From positions 1 to 64,000 of the IMG/VR virus record IMGVR_UViG_3300043093_000048: a stretch of 64,000 bases of DNA. The stretch is one strand, 5' to 3'. Made by a program: the position numbers and the translations under genes. Source of the DNA: a virus. Taxonomy: Duplodnaviria > Caudoviricetes. The notes beneath the pieces are model-generated. The model was not told the DNA's origin and did no database searches. It saw nothing but the letters and a program-made list of their open reading frames with translations. This document shows, in pieces, positions 10,930 through 22,923 of the stretch; position 1 is the stretch's first letter, and each line of letters starts with the position of its first letter.

Positions 10930-10960
10930 TTAGATTACTTAAAAGAGAGGTGTATAAAAC

Positions 10961-11890
10961 ATGAAACGATTAAATGATTCAGCAATTTTTTCTAAGTTAA
11001 TTAATAATACAGAATTAATTAATAAAATGAAGTTAATAGTTTCAAGAAATGGTATAACTTTATTAACTCCAAAAGATTTAGAATCATCTTATTCAGATAT
11101 AAATAGAAGAATTAAATATTCTACAAAAGGTCCTATCATGGATAAAATAGCTAAAGGAATCATTGTTCCTTTTAGAGATGTTAAAACTAAAACTCCAACA
11201 TATCTTCCAACTATTACTGGAAAAGGTGTTAATGGAGATTTTAATATTTATGTAAATCTTGAAAGATATATGAATTCTTCTGGTGAAATTTATCCTAAAA
11301 CTTTCTTTGCTTTATTGCAATGTTGTTTAATGTCTTATGAATTTGCAAAGAAATGGGATACTTATGTAAATAATCTTGATTTTGTTAAAGATGCTAGTTT
11401 TATTTATTCTAGAATGACTACTAAAGTTCTTGATAAAACATTTGCTTTAGATTTAGATACCTTTAATTCAGATTTACTTTCATTCATATTTGCAAAGTTC
11501 TTTATTGTAAATATGTGTGGAAGAGCAGACAATGATTTAAATGATAATATTGCATATAAGTGTTGCTTTAATAAGTCTTCATTAGATTTAATTAAACAAG
11601 AAGAAGAATCTTTAAGTCCTAATAAATATAATTCTTTCTTTGAATTAATAGATGCTCTTAAAGAAATTAAGTCAATTAAATCAATTAATGTAAGATCTTT
11701 TATTGAAAATTTCACTAGAATGTTTGGTGAAGGAAGCCTTTTAGCATTAGATTATTTACCTTCATTTATTCAGTGTGTTACTAGTGCTGCTATAGGTGGC
11801 GGTTTAAATAAAGACTATATGTATGAAAGTGTAGCAGGAAAAATTATTCAGAACTTATATTTAACTATTACAAAGTTAATTTCATATTAA
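10961..11890 (+). CDS. Hypothetical protein, probably late/virion
   Basis: 309-aa ORF with RBS and AACA-N6-TA promoter; directly upstream of the giant ORF. Confidence 0.55.
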   Translation: MKRLNDSAIFSKLINNTELINKMKLIVSRNGITLLTPKDLESSYSDINRRIKYSTKGPIMDKIAKGIIVPFRDVKTKTPTYLPTITGKGVNGDFNIYVNLERYMNSSGEIYPKTFFALLQCCLMSYEFAKKWDTYVNNLDFVKDASFIYSRMTTKVLDKTFALDLDTFNSDLLSFIFAKFFIVNMCGRADNDLNDNIAYKCCFNKSSLDLIKQEEESLSPNKYNSFFELIDALKEIKSIKSINVRSFIENFTRMFGEGSLLALDYLPSFIQCVTSAAIGGGLNKDYMYESVAGKIIQNLYLTITKLISY

Positions 11891-11911
11891 TATATAAAGG
11901 AGGGAAAGATA

Positions 11912-14900
11912 ATGGCTGATAAAAGCGGTATTTTTTCGCTTATAGATGAAAAAAAGTTTAGGTATAACAATACAGATGATGATTATACTTACAAAATTGA
12001 AAAAATTTTTAACTATGAGAATTATCTTTTTGTCCTTTTTAGTAAATTGTATTTAAAAGAAAAAAAAGAAAAAGATGAAGGTGATTCCAACGTTTGGAAT
12101 CACCTTTATTTAATTACAATTGAAAAGAATGGACGAAATATTACTACAAATGATATAGATGATATTTTAGATACTAATGGTAATGAATTATTCAATATTA
12201 TAAAGGATGGAACAGCTAAGTTAGCAGACTTAGAAATTGGTAAATATAAAAATGTATTCTTTATTAATAATGAAAGCTTTGCTGTTAGTATTGTATTAAT
12301 GACTGGTGATGATAAAGAAGCTAATTTATGGGCAAGAATATATAGAAAATTAGAAAATACTGATAAAGTTACTTTTTATAAATTAGATAAAAAAGAAGAT
12401 AAAGGATATAAATTAAATTCTACTAAAGTTACTAATTCAAATGATTATAGTCAATTTGTAACATTTTATACAGATAGTAGAAACTGGGATCAAATGGAAG
12501 TTAATGGTTTTGGTAGAATTGCTTCGAATATACGTAGTTTACAAAATTTACTTATTAATAGTGATAAAATTGAAGATGAAAATGAAAGAAGGTTATTCCC
12601 AGCAAATAAAAAATATTTATATAATTATGAATATTATTTTGATTGGGATAAGACTGGAGATGGCTATGTTTGGAAGTTATTTTATTATAACTCTAGATAT
12701 AGAGATTCTGCTGATACTACTGAATTTGGAAAGACTAATCCTTATAAAACATTTCCATTTAGAGAAAAAAATTATTTTAGCGGATTAGGTTATATTGATA
12801 TAGATGATAAAATCCATTGTTATTATTATCCTGAAAATACTTATATTAATGATACTTATTTTAATTTAGATATAGATGATAATTATCTTCAACCAAATTT
12901 TGATATAGGTGACCCATTAGTTATATTAAATAATTTATATAATTATACAGATAAAGATTTAAATGATAATTTTAAATATAGCACTACTATTAATAGTTTT
13001 TACTTCGTTCAAAATCCTATTTTTTATTTAAATGAAGATAATGATGTAATTATTAAAAATCTTTTTTATGTTAATGATTATAATTATATACATATTTATT
13101 CCTATGCAAATTTTATAGAAACCTCTAATGATTTTAATTATAAAGGAATGATAGAATTAACATCTTATATTAGACTTCAATTAGATATGGACACAAATAA
13201 TTATTATAAAATCGTTACTAATAATAGAAATGGTAATTTAATATTAATAAATACAATTGATTTTAATATAGATAATTTATTTGATTTTTTTAATATAGAT
13301 AGAAGTAAATTTAAATCAATAAACTTTTGTATAATTGATAGTAGATATAAAGAAAAATTGCCAGAAGACTTTAATATTAATAATGATTCAGATAATATAA
13401 TTTTTATTCCATTATTTTTAGAATCTAATAATAATAGTGAAATTATTGATGAAAATATATATACCATTAAGGATTCTAGTAATAGAGAAGTTTTTAAATT
13501 AGTAAATAAATTTAGTGATGAAGTTTTAATAACTTTAAACTATAAAAATCTTCCATATATTTATTCTTATGAAAATAATGAATATCATTTAGCAAGAAAA
13601 TATACTGAAGTTCCATCAATGTATTTTTATGATGAAAATATATCTTATTGGTGTGATAAAAAAAATAAAAAATTTAAAAACTTTTTATCTATTAATAATT
13701 CAAATTATTATGATCAATATGCTTTTTTAAATGATGATTATTATAATGATGCAATTTATGGTTTAATTACATTAAAAGATGGAGGAATTGAATATACTAC
13801 TGAAAATATAACTAAAGATAATGGTTTTATAATAGGTTTAGAAAAAAGTATAGAAAAAGGTACTACTGGTTTTATAGATAAAACTAAAAATTCTTATAAT
13901 ACTGCTTTAACAAATAATTTAAAATGGTCTAGAAACTGTAATTTCTATGATGTAGAAAGTGATTATTTAAAGGATTCAAGAATAATTGGTAATGATGATT
14001 CTTGGTATAATGATATAGACCATCCATATGTTTATAATCAAGATAGTCATGTATTGCATAGTGATTATAGAAATTATGCATTAAATGATTTATTTACTAA
14101 TTTAAATTATTATAAAGAAAATGAAATACCTAATTATGAAAAATTATATGATGAAATGGTTAGTAAATTTAATAAATTAATTAGTGATAAAGATTATTTA
14201 GTTGGAGTTAAAATTCCTAAAAATATTTCAACAATAATAAAAAATAGTGATAAAATAGGAACTTTTAGTGAAGATTTATATCTTGATTTAATGGTATTAC
14301 CTAAAGGTGATACAATAGATACAAATAATTTAGACAAATTATTTAAAATCTTATATTATACACCTTATCAACCTTATATAGTTCCAATAAATAGTTTAGA
14401 TGATGTTCCTTGGATTTCAACTTCTAATAAACCATTAAGATTTATTAGAAATATAAATTATATAAATAGATATATCAATTATTTACATTCATTACAATTT
14501 ATTAGTTTATTTAATATTGATTTTAATGATATTGAAAATTATTTTGATGCTAATTGTTATATAACACAAAAAGATTTTTCAGAATATCTTTTAAATAAAT
14601 TTAATGATGATCTAGGAATAACTTTTAATAATAATCATAATGATTTACCTTCAGATAAAGATTTATATAGTAATTTTTATTATTATAATTCTAATAATAT
14701 TTGGTCATATAATAATTATAAATCAACAGTACCTTTAGGATTCAAAGTTAAAAATTTTAATAATGATGGTTATGATATATATTATGCATATAATTATTGG
14801 ATAAACGATGAAAAATTAAGTTATTCTTTTGATATTAATGAAGAAAAAACAGACTATACTATTAAAGACGATAATGATAATACTTTTTCTGCAAGAATGA

Positions 14901-17900
14901 CAAATAGAATTCAACCAGTAATGTTAAGTTTTGATTATATTTTTGATTATCATTTATATTCTTCTAATTATACAGAAAATGATTATGTAATTAAAGCATT
15001 AACTACTATATTAAGTTTATTATCTGAAAATGAAGAAGAATCTGCGAATAAATTATATAATTTACTTAAAAAATATAAAATCGCAATAAGATTTGTAGTA
15101 CAACAAACACCTCAATTTATAGTAGTATTAGGAATAGATGATAATATTGATGATATTATTTATATTGCTACTGAAAATGGTAGTAGTGTAATTTCAGGGT
15201 TTTCAGGAGATTATGAAACATTTATTAAAAATAAAGACTACAATAAAAATCCAACTTATGTAACTAATACATTTAAATATCATTTTACATATAATATTTT
15301 AAGATATGAAGCTAGTTTAAATAATTTAATTCCCTCTTCTATATCTTCTTTGTCTTTTAGCCATAATAATGATTATAATAAAAATTATAGTAAAGATAAT
15401 TATTATAGTAATCGTGAAATTGAATTAAATTGGACTTATGAGGGAAAAGATTCAAATGACAATCCAATTTATCAAGTTCATTTTCCTACAAAAATTTATA
15501 GTTATTTTGGTAAACGATTAGATAATAATAAAGATAATTATAATTATAATATTTTATTAACTAAAGAACATTATAGAGCTCTTTCAAAATATATTATGAG
15601 AAAAGAAGATAATGACGAACCAATAAGATATTATTTATATAATGAATATTATGAAAATATTAATACTAATATTAAATTTATTCATTGTAATCATTTTATT
15701 AAATTATTTTGTGATGATACTGAAATTAGTGATCTAAATAGTTATCCTAGTGCCAACTTAATATTTCCTATAATTAAAGAAACTAAATATTTTGCAATTA
15801 GTAATAAAGATAAATTAGAAAAAGTTTTTTATAATTGTGATAAAACAGAAATTATAGATGATTCTAATTCTACTAAAAACTTTAATTATATTGAATTAAA
15901 TACTGATACTATTACAAGCTATAATAGAGATAGATTAGATAAAAATCATTATATAAGTTTTGATTTTCATGATATTATTGAAGAAGAAACTACATTAGAT
16001 AAAGTTATAGATGATAATAAATATAATATAAATACTTGTATATTAACATTATCAAGTGATATAGATTATAAAACTGGTGAATTAAAATCTACAGATTTTG
16101 TAAATGAAGAAATTGAATTCACCAATAATGAAAGAACTACAATAGATTATACAAAAGCAGAACCATTAATGGAATTTTTTAGAAAAATGATGAATAATGA
16201 AGAATATGCTTTTGATGAAATTCCAGACGGTTTTAATAATAATTTTGGTATTGAAATTAAACGAAGCTTTTATAATGATTTAATAGGATTTTATTCTAAT
16301 TCAAATATTTGTCCATTATGTATAAGATATAATGATGTAATTAGTGACTTTAGTTTGGAGTCTGAAGATGATCCATCTTGGGAGAGTTTCTTTACAGTTG
16401 ATGATTATGCTTATATTCCTATGAAATATTTATCTAATGAAAGATATGTATTACTAACTGATGATTCGGATAATGATAATACTAAAAAAATTGAAAGACA
16501 GATTTCTGTTTTAAAAAATAATGGTATTGTAGAATTTAATATAGATGGTTTTATTAATGATAGCACTACTTCTGATAAATTAATTAAAATTTATAATTTC
16601 TTAGATGAAGATACTTTAAAACCTATAATGGGATTAAAAGATGTATTTTATGATGAAAATAATAATAAAGTAACTCTAAGTTCAGAAGATGATATCTTAG
16701 ATAATATTTATATTGTAGAATTTAGAATTGATGATAATATTGAAAATATTAATACTAAAGTTTATTTAACAAATAGTGAAATAGAAAAGAATGATGAATA
16801 TACTGATATTCTTAATTTATTAGATAATAAAACTCCTTTCTATAAAATTAATACAGATGTATATGATAATAAATATGAAGAAGTTAATACTAAATATAAA
16901 TTCTATTCTTATTCAGTAAATAATAAAATAGTAATTACTAAGAATGTACCAGAAAATTCATCTACTTCAAATGGTTATTCAGAAATAGTTGCTATTTTAA
17001 AATTTGATGAGGACTTTATTATATGTGGTGATACAAATTATATTATAGCTATTAATAAAAATTATAACTATGAAAATAATACTTATAAAGTTCCTTTATT
17101 AATATTAGATTATAACACAATTATTGAAAAGCTCTTCAATAATTTAGATGATAAATTAGAAGATGATTATAAAGTCTTATTTGAAGATCAATTTGATGAA
17201 AATAAATATTTAATGTTTAAAGATACTTTGATAGAAGATACAACTATAATAGATGATAATAAATCGGATTATTATGATCTTGAAAATCAAACAGTTATTA
17301 CTAGAAATTTAATAGATATTAATTATGCAAAGCTTTATAATATTTATGAATATGAAAATAATACTCGTAAAAAAGAATATCGTTTATTTATTACTATCAA
17401 TGGCAGAGTATTAGTATCTAATGAAATAATTAAATTAAATGATACTGAAGATATTAATCCTTTAATGGTAGATTTTTATACTATTAATGGTAGAGTAAAT
17501 AATATCTATATGGAAGCAATTGATGTTGATAATAATAATTTGCTATGTATAGCTTCTGATAAAAATGAATTATATATTTTTGATAATTTATTTAAAGGAA
17601 GTAATACTTATTCTGGTTATAAATATGAAAATTATATTAATAAAAAATTAACTAAAAATTGCTTAAAGTATATCTATAACTTTAATAATACTCCATTAGA
17701 TAAATCTTCTTTAAATTTAGAAAATATTGAAGATAGAAAAGAATTTTATAGAGAAACATTAACACCTACTATTTTAAATATAGGAAGTAGCGTTGATGAT
17801 ATTACTATTTGTGATAAATATATTAATACTTTAAATACAGAGTTTATTAAGAGTTCAGAAACTAATAAAGTAGAAAAAGTTAATTCAATAAAATACTTTA

Positions 17901-20900
17901 AATTAGCTGATGATTTATCGTTAGATCCAGATATCATTAATGTAGATGGTGATAATAATGATGATAATAATCTATTTGATGATAGTGGTTCTTATTTAAA
18001 ACTTGAATGCTTTAAGAACTATTCAAATAATTTTATTAATGGTGAAAATAATTCAGATATCGATAAATATGTTATGATTAATTTCAGAGTTAATATTGAT
18101 AATAAAGAAATTAATGAAAATGATAGATATTATACTTTAAATTATCAATTATATTCATCTAATGGTGATGAAATAAATGATTATAGCCATAATGGATATT
18201 CTTTAACAAATAATTCAGTTATTTATGAAATGAATAATATTTATAAAAATATTTATATTTATATTCCTAATAATAAACTTAATAGTGATATTAAAGTTAA
18301 TGAAACAGATTTATCTACGAATAATATCTTAACTTATAATTTTCTTATAGATATTAAAAGTTCAGGAGAATTTGATGCAAAATGTCATGTATTCAATAAT
18401 AATTCTACTCATATTTATACATTCCCAATATATCTTAATTATAATATAATAGATAGCTATTTCCCAAATGAAACTATCAGTTATAATTTAACAAATCTTC
18501 CTAAAAAATTAACTACTAGAGATTATTTTGTATGTTCCATAACTAATGATTCTTCTGAAACTATTAATAGACTTTATTATAGATGGAGATATATAGGAAA
18601 TAAACCAAGTGATGATAATTATGATTATTATTTATTATCATTTACAATGAGTGGTTCAGACTCTAATTCCAATAATCCTTATAATATTTCTTATTATATT
18701 TGCTATATTTTAAGAAATTATTTAAGACATACTTTTGATGCAACTAATACTAATTTTGATTTTTCTATTAATAAAATAAATTTTGATAAGGATTATCAAT
18801 GGAATTCAATTAATTTACCATATGGTTATAATAAAGCTAAATTATTTAATGTAATTATAAGAAAGAATCCTGAATCTGATAGTGAAAATTGGTTTGATGA
18901 TATTCTATTAGAAGAAGGAATTAATTATACTACTAATATTAATTTAGAAACTATTAAAACAATTGAAATACCATATGAAAAAATTAAAATAACTTATGAA
19001 GATTATATCAAATTCTTAGAATATGAAGAAAACACACTTGATACGAGTTTACGAATTAACAATGGATTTTTAGTAGAAGCTGCTTATCAACCATCATTAT
19101 ATAATGGTGAGGATAATATTAATAAAGATATAAACTTTATTTATACTAAGAACTTTTATATTCAAGAAGATGATGATGAAAATTATATAACTATTAATAA
19201 AGAAAATCAGGAAAAATTAATGTCTAATGTATTTAAGAATTTTATATTTATACCTAATCATGATTATTATTTCTTAAATGATGAAGGATATGAATATACT
19301 TTATTTAAAAATACTGAAGAACACCATAAACTCTTTACTGTAATAAATAACAATTTTTATAATCCTAATAATACTTCAAATATTTTCTATAATTTTATTA
19401 AATATAAATTTGGATATGAAAATTATGAAGATTATGATAATTATTTATGGAGTTTAATTTTAGATGAAGAAGATATCTTTAATTTCAAATTAAATAAAGA
19501 TGATGCATCATTTACAGTTAAAGATACTTATATGAGAGACAGATGGTGGTTTAAAACTAATAATGATACTAGTATTAAATGGTGGGAAGATTCAAATTAT
19601 AGAAATCTTTGGATTTATGAAAATTATATGCCATTAAATAATACTATATATGATGAAGAGATTAATCTTTATATTAAGGACTCCTTTAATAGTGGTTTAA
19701 ATTATAATATCAATAGTAAAGATATTGGTTTAATTAATTTAACTGAAGATATTTCTAATTTAATTCATTATGGTATTGAAAAACGTTTAATAACTGGTAT
19801 ATATATTGATGGATTAAAATTATTTAATGAGGGATATTATTTTAAAGACTCTTTAAACAATGTTCAGAATATTTTTATTAATCCAACAAATCTTAAGAGC
19901 TATTTCGCTAATACTGAAAAATTCCCATTCTATACAAATTTAATTAGTTTAATATCTACTGCAATTAAACCTTATACTGATTATGATAATTATTTACAAG
20001 AATTACAAGATTATGAAAATGGTTTAATAGATAGTAAACCAGAAAAAGTTGAACAACCAACAAATGATAATCCTACATTTAATATTAAGAATATTTTATC
20101 TAATATTGAAGTAAATACTAATTTTGGTTTAATATCTGAGCAAGAAAAATTAATAGCTTATATAGAAGTAAGAAATTATGATAATGATTCTACAGAAGAC
20201 TCTTATATTTATACTGAACAAAGTAATGTAACTAAAACAGTAGTTGCTTTAAATGATACTGGTGCTTATTATATTAATAATTTAGATGAACCAAATATTG
20301 ATGATGATTTAGCAATTGATAGCACACAATTAACCGATACAGCTACTAAGACTGTATTTACAGATCAATTAACTCTTATATTTGAAGATGAATATTTATA
20401 TAGAATAGTAAATAGTAATGATAGAATTAATATATATATTTCTTATAGAAATGATATTGGTGGTAAATATGCTAGAAGAATTAATCCTAAATTTACTAGA
20501 ATTACTTTAGATGGACAAAATGTAAAATTAGAGATTAAAGGATTCTATAGTTATAAAAATCTAAGTACTATTTATCTAGTTACTGGTGATATTAATAACC
20601 ATAACATGTTCTTTAAGAATATTGATGAAACTATTCAGTATATTGATTTATCTGAAATAAAAACTCAATCTGGAGTTCAATTATTCAAATATTTATCTTA
20701 TGATAATATCGTATCTGCCAATAATGTAGAAATTAACATGAACGGATACATTTTATATCCAGATATAGACTATACTATAATAAATGGCGAGTTTACGACA
20801 TCTACTACCAACTTAGTTATGTTTAGAAACAATATACCTGATACTGGTGATATTAGTGTTGAATTGAACTTAAGACCTGATAATGATTCTAAAATTGTAT

Positions 20901-21727
20901 TTATGTCTAAACAGGCTTATTCAATGACTAAAGAAAATTACAATAATAAAGAACCTGGTAATGATAAAAAGGTTGCTTTATCTAAATATATAACTATGGA
21001 TAATGATAGATATTTATTCTTATCAGCTAGTATGGAAGATAGAGATAGTAAAAAGAAAGAAATTATTAATAAATTTGATCTTTATATCAATAACATGAAA
21101 GTTCCTAATAAATATATTGAAGTGGTAAATTCAAAAACTATTAAACTAAGTAAAAATGAAAAAGATTATGCTATAGATCTTCATAAAACACATATAGCTA
21201 AAAAAGGTTCTAGTGGTTTATATGAAATAACTACCGATTATGATGATACAGAATCTGATAGTTATAGATATTTTGATCCTGAATATGAGAATATAATGAT
21301 TGTATTCCAAAATAAATTTAATCCATATAATTATGAAATTGAAATTGAAAATAAATATTCTAATGGTAATTTCAATTCATTATTGAATAATCTTTTCTTT
21401 AAATTTGAAGATAATGATGGAGTAACTCTTACTAGAACCAATAGTTGTTATACTCCTCCAAATGAAACTGACATATATGATAACTTTGACTGGATTTGTG
21501 GAGAAAATAAAGAAACTAATTTAATTAATAAATTAAGTATTTTAACACAAGATGCAAGAGTATATAATTGTAATAAATCTGATTTAACTGAAAATGTTAT
21601 ATTAGATGGAACAGTTATTGAAAATGATATAATATCTTCAAATATTATTATAGATTGTAATCCAAGTGTAGGATCTAAAGAAGATAACACTATAAATGAA
21701 TCACCAGAATTTAATTTTGATGATTAA
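11912..21727 (+). CDS. Giant 3271-aa Asn/Asp/Tyr-rich protein, probable tail/baseplate structural protein
   Basis: Uninterrupted 9.8-kb ORF with AAGGAGG RBS in a putative late operon near the baseplate gene; function inferred from size and context only. Confidence 0.5.
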   Translation: MADKSGIFSLIDEKKFRYNNTDDDYTYKIEKIFNYENYLFVLFSKLYLKEKKEKDEGDSNVWNHLYLITIEKNGRNITTNDIDDILDTNGNELFNIIKDGTAKLADLEIGKYKNVFFINNESFAVSIVLMTGDDKEANLWARIYRKLENTDKVTFYKLDKKEDKGYKLNSTKVTNSNDYSQFVTFYTDSRNWDQMEVNGFGRIASNIRSLQNLLINSDKIEDENERRLFPANKKYLYNYEYYFDWDKTGDGYVWKLFYYNSRYRDSADTTEFGKTNPYKTFPFREKNYFSGLGYIDIDDKIHCYYYPENTYINDTYFNLDIDDNYLQPNFDIGDPLVILNNLYNYTDKDLNDNFKYSTTINSFYFVQNPIFYLNEDNDVIIKNLFYVNDYNYIHIYSYANFIETSNDFNYKGMIELTSYIRLQLDMDTNNYYKIVTNNRNGNLILINTIDFNIDNLFDFFNIDRSKFKSINFCIIDSRYKEKLPEDFNINNDSDNIIFIPLFLESNNNSEIIDENIYTIKDSSNREVFKLVNKFSDEVLITLNYKNLPYIYSYENNEYHLARKYTEVPSMYFYDENISYWCDKKNKKFKNFLSINNSNYYDQYAFLNDDYYNDAIYGLITLKDGGIEYTTENITKDNGFIIGLEKSIEKGTTGFIDKTKNSYNTALTNNLKWSRNCNFYDVESDYLKDSRIIGNDDSWYNDIDHPYVYNQDSHVLHSDYRNYALNDLFTNLNYYKENEIPNYEKLYDEMVSKFNKLISDKDYLVGVKIPKNISTIIKNSDKIGTFSEDLYLDLMVLPKGDTIDTNNLDKLFKILYYTPYQPYIVPINSLDDVPWISTSNKPLRFIRNINYINRYINYLHSLQFISLFNIDFNDIENYFDANCYITQKDFSEYLLNKFNDDLGITFNNNHNDLPSDKDLYSNFYYYNSNNIWSYNNYKSTVPLGFKVKNFNNDGYDIYYAYNYWINDEKLSYSFDINEEKTDYTIKDDNDNTFSARMTNRIQPVMLSFDYIFDYHLYSSNYTENDYVIKALTTILSLLSENEEESANKLYNLLKKYKIAIRFVVQQTPQFIVVLGIDDNIDDIIYIATENGSSVISGFSGDYETFIKNKDYNKNPTYVTNTFKYHFTYNILRYEASLNNLIPSSISSLSFSHNNDYNKNYSKDNYYSNREIELNWTYEGKDSNDNPIYQVHFPTKIYSYFGKRLDNNKDNYNYNILLTKEHYRALSKYIMRKEDNDEPIRYYLYNEYYENINTNIKFIHCNHFIKLFCDDTEISDLNSYPSANLIFPIIKETKYFAISNKDKLEKVFYNCDKTEIIDDSNSTKNFNYIELNTDTITSYNRDRLDKNHYISFDFHDIIEEETTLDKVIDDNKYNINTCILTLSSDIDYKTGELKSTDFVNEEIEFTNNERTTIDYTKAEPLMEFFRKMMNNEEYAFDEIPDGFNNNFGIEIKRSFYNDLIGFYSNSNICPLCIRYNDVISDFSLESEDDPSWESFFTVDDYAYIPMKYLSNERYVLLTDDSDNDNTKKIERQISVLKNNGIVEFNIDGFINDSTTSDKLIKIYNFLDEDTLKPIMGLKDVFYDENNNKVTLSSEDDILDNIYIVEFRIDDNIENINTKVYLTNSEIEKNDEYTDILNLLDNKTPFYKINTDVYDNKYEEVNTKYKFYSYSVNNKIVITKNVPENSSTSNGYSEIVAILKFDEDFIICGDTNYIIAINKNYNYENNTYKVPLLILDYNTIIEKLFNNLDDKLEDDYKVLFEDQFDENKYLMFKDTLIEDTTIIDDNKSDYYDLENQTVITRNLIDINYAKLYNIYEYENNTRKKEYRLFITINGRVLVSNEIIKLNDTEDINPLMVDFYTINGRVNNIYMEAIDVDNNNLLCIASDKNELYIFDNLFKGSNTYSGYKYENYINKKLTKNCLKYIYNFNNTPLDKSSLNLENIEDRKEFYRETLTPTILNIGSSVDDITICDKYINTLNTEFIKSSETNKVEKVNSIKYFKLADDLSLDPDIINVDGDNNDDNNLFDDSGSYLKLECFKNYSNNFINGENNSDIDKYVMINFRVNIDNKEINENDRYYTLNYQLYSSNGDEINDYSHNGYSLTNNSVIYEMNNIYKNIYIYIPNNKLNSDIKVNETDLSTNNILTYNFLIDIKSSGEFDAKCHVFNNNSTHIYTFPIYLNYNIIDSYFPNETISYNLTNLPKKLTTRDYFVCSITNDSSETINRLYYRWRYIGNKPSDDNYDYYLLSFTMSGSDSNSNNPYNISYYICYILRNYLRHTFDATNTNFDFSINKINFDKDYQWNSINLPYGYNKAKLFNVIIRKNPESDSENWFDDILLEEGINYTTNINLETIKTIEIPYEKIKITYEDYIKFLEYEENTLDTSLRINNGFLVEAAYQPSLYNGEDNINKDINFIYTKNFYIQEDDDENYITINKENQEKLMSNVFKNFIFIPNHDYYFLNDEGYEYTLFKNTEEHHKLFTVINNNFYNPNNTSNIFYNFIKYKFGYENYEDYDNYLWSLILDEEDIFNFKLNKDDASFTVKDTYMRDRWWFKTNNDTSIKWWEDSNYRNLWIYENYMPLNNTIYDEEINLYIKDSFNSGLNYNINSKDIGLINLTEDISNLIHYGIEKRLITGIYIDGLKLFNEGYYFKDSLNNVQNIFINPTNLKSYFANTEKFPFYTNLISLISTAIKPYTDYDNYLQELQDYENGLIDSKPEKVEQPTNDNPTFNIKNILSNIEVNTNFGLISEQEKLIAYIEVRNYDNDSTEDSYIYTEQSNVTKTVVALNDTGAYYINNLDEPNIDDDLAIDSTQLTDTATKTVFTDQLTLIFEDEYLYRIVNSNDRINIYISYRNDIGGKYARRINPKFTRITLDGQNVKLEIKGFYSYKNLSTIYLVTGDINNHNMFFKNIDETIQYIDLSEIKTQSGVQLFKYLSYDNIVSANNVEINMNGYILYPDIDYTIINGEFTTSTTNLVMFRNNIPDTGDISVELNLRPDNDSKIVFMSKQAYSMTKENYNNKEPGNDKKVALSKYITMDNDRYLFLSASMEDRDSKKKEIINKFDLYINNMKVPNKYIEVVNSKTIKLSKNEKDYAIDLHKTHIAKKGSSGLYEITTDYDDTESDSYRYFDPEYENIMIVFQNKFNPYNYEIEIENKYSNGNFNSLLNNLFFKFEDNDGVTLTRTNSCYTPPNETDIYDNFDWICGENKETNLINKLSILTQDARVYNCNKSDLTENVILDGTVIENDIISSNIIIDCNPSVGSKEDNTINESPEFNFDD

Positions 21728-21766
21728 AAAAAATCCCCTAAGACTTTTTATAGTCTTAGGGGTTAT
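21727..21766. terminator. Probable bidirectional terminator between convergent genes
   Basis: CCCCTAAGACT...AGTCTTAGGGG preceded by an A tract. Confidence 0.75.
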
Positions 21767-21768
21767 TA

Positions 21769-22701
21769 TTAAATAGAAACCTCTTCTAGAGGAATCATAT
21801 CTTCCTTCTTAGTTTCATCAGTAATACTAACTTCATTAGTAGGTGTGAAAGTCCAAGGAAGTGTAATATTTTCAATAGATTCCTTATTAAAATAAGCCTT
21901 ATGATCATTCTCATTTACAAAGATCTTTGAATGAATATCAAAATAATCTGTAAATGTTTCTTCATTTTCAGTATTCTTATATACAACCTTTAGAATTCTA
22001 GTGCAACGAATATTAACAAACATATCAGTAATTTCATGATCTTCAAGTTCAAGATACTCCTTAATCTTATCATTTCTACTAATTTCTTCATAAGCAATCC
22101 AATCTTTTTCAGAAATATCAAGATCAGTAATCGCAGTAATTGGAATATTACCAAGAATACTTGAAACTAAATTCATAGTAAAACGAAGTGTTTCATTAGT
22201 ATGTGCCTGAGATGAAATAAGTCTTACAATCTGGCTTACATCGCTACTAAGAATTGTCATCTGTGTTAAGAACTTTTCAAGTTCTTCAGAATCTTCTTTA
22301 TAAATTTCTTCATTAAGTTCCTTTAGTCTGTTTAATTCATAATTACCAAAGATTTCCTGATCCATAAGCTTTCTATTACCTGGAATGATAAGCTTAATAA
22401 AATTAGGATGATTTTCATCATTATTAATAAAATCATAAACTCTGATAGTAAAATAATCATCTGAAAATTCATAAGAATTCTTAAGCTGTTCAATAAGATC
22501 TTCTACTGTAGATTCAAGATCAATCTTATAATCATATTTACCATCCTTAGTTTCATAAGTCCAAAAATCATTAAATCTTTCAAAGAATAAAAAATCACCT
22601 TTTGCATTTGGTTTAATATAAATAGCTGAAAGATCTTTTAATTTAACTGACTTAAGTTTTTCATCATAAGAATTATAACAGTCTTTAACAATATCAAACA
22701 T
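21769..22701 (-). CDS. Hypothetical acidic protein
   Basis: ORF with GGAGG RBS. Confidence 0.6.
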   Translation of the reverse strand: MFDIVKDCYNSYDEKLKSVKLKDLSAIYIKPNAKGDFLFFERFNDFWTYETKDGKYDYKIDLESTVEDLIEQLKNSYEFSDDYFTIRVYDFINNDENHPNFIKLIIPGNRKLMDQEIFGNYELNRLKELNEEIYKEDSEELEKFLTQMTILSSDVSQIVRLISSQAHTNETLRFTMNLVSSILGNIPITAITDLDISEKDWIAYEEISRNDKIKEYLELEDHEITDMFVNIRCTRILKVVYKNTENEETFTDYFDIHSKIFVNENDHKAYFNKESIENITLPWTFTPTNEVSITDETKKEDMIPLEEVSI

Positions 22702-22882
22702 ATAAATTTCCTCCACTTTAAAAATTTTATATTTTTTAGTTATTATTAAAATTTATTTTTTATAAAAAGAATTTTTTTGGGTTTAATTATAACTCATACT
22801 AAAAATTCCCTATTTAATATTATTTTATTTTATAAATTTAAATTTTAAAATATATAATAAAAATAAAAAAATTATAAAATTC

Positions 22883-22894
22883 AACATATGAATA
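22883..22894 (+). promoter_or_regulatory. AACA-N6-TA promoter motif (baseplate gene)
   Basis: AACATATGAATA. Confidence 0.55.
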
Positions 22895-22923
22895 TAATTT
22901 TATACAGAAAAGAGGTTAAATAA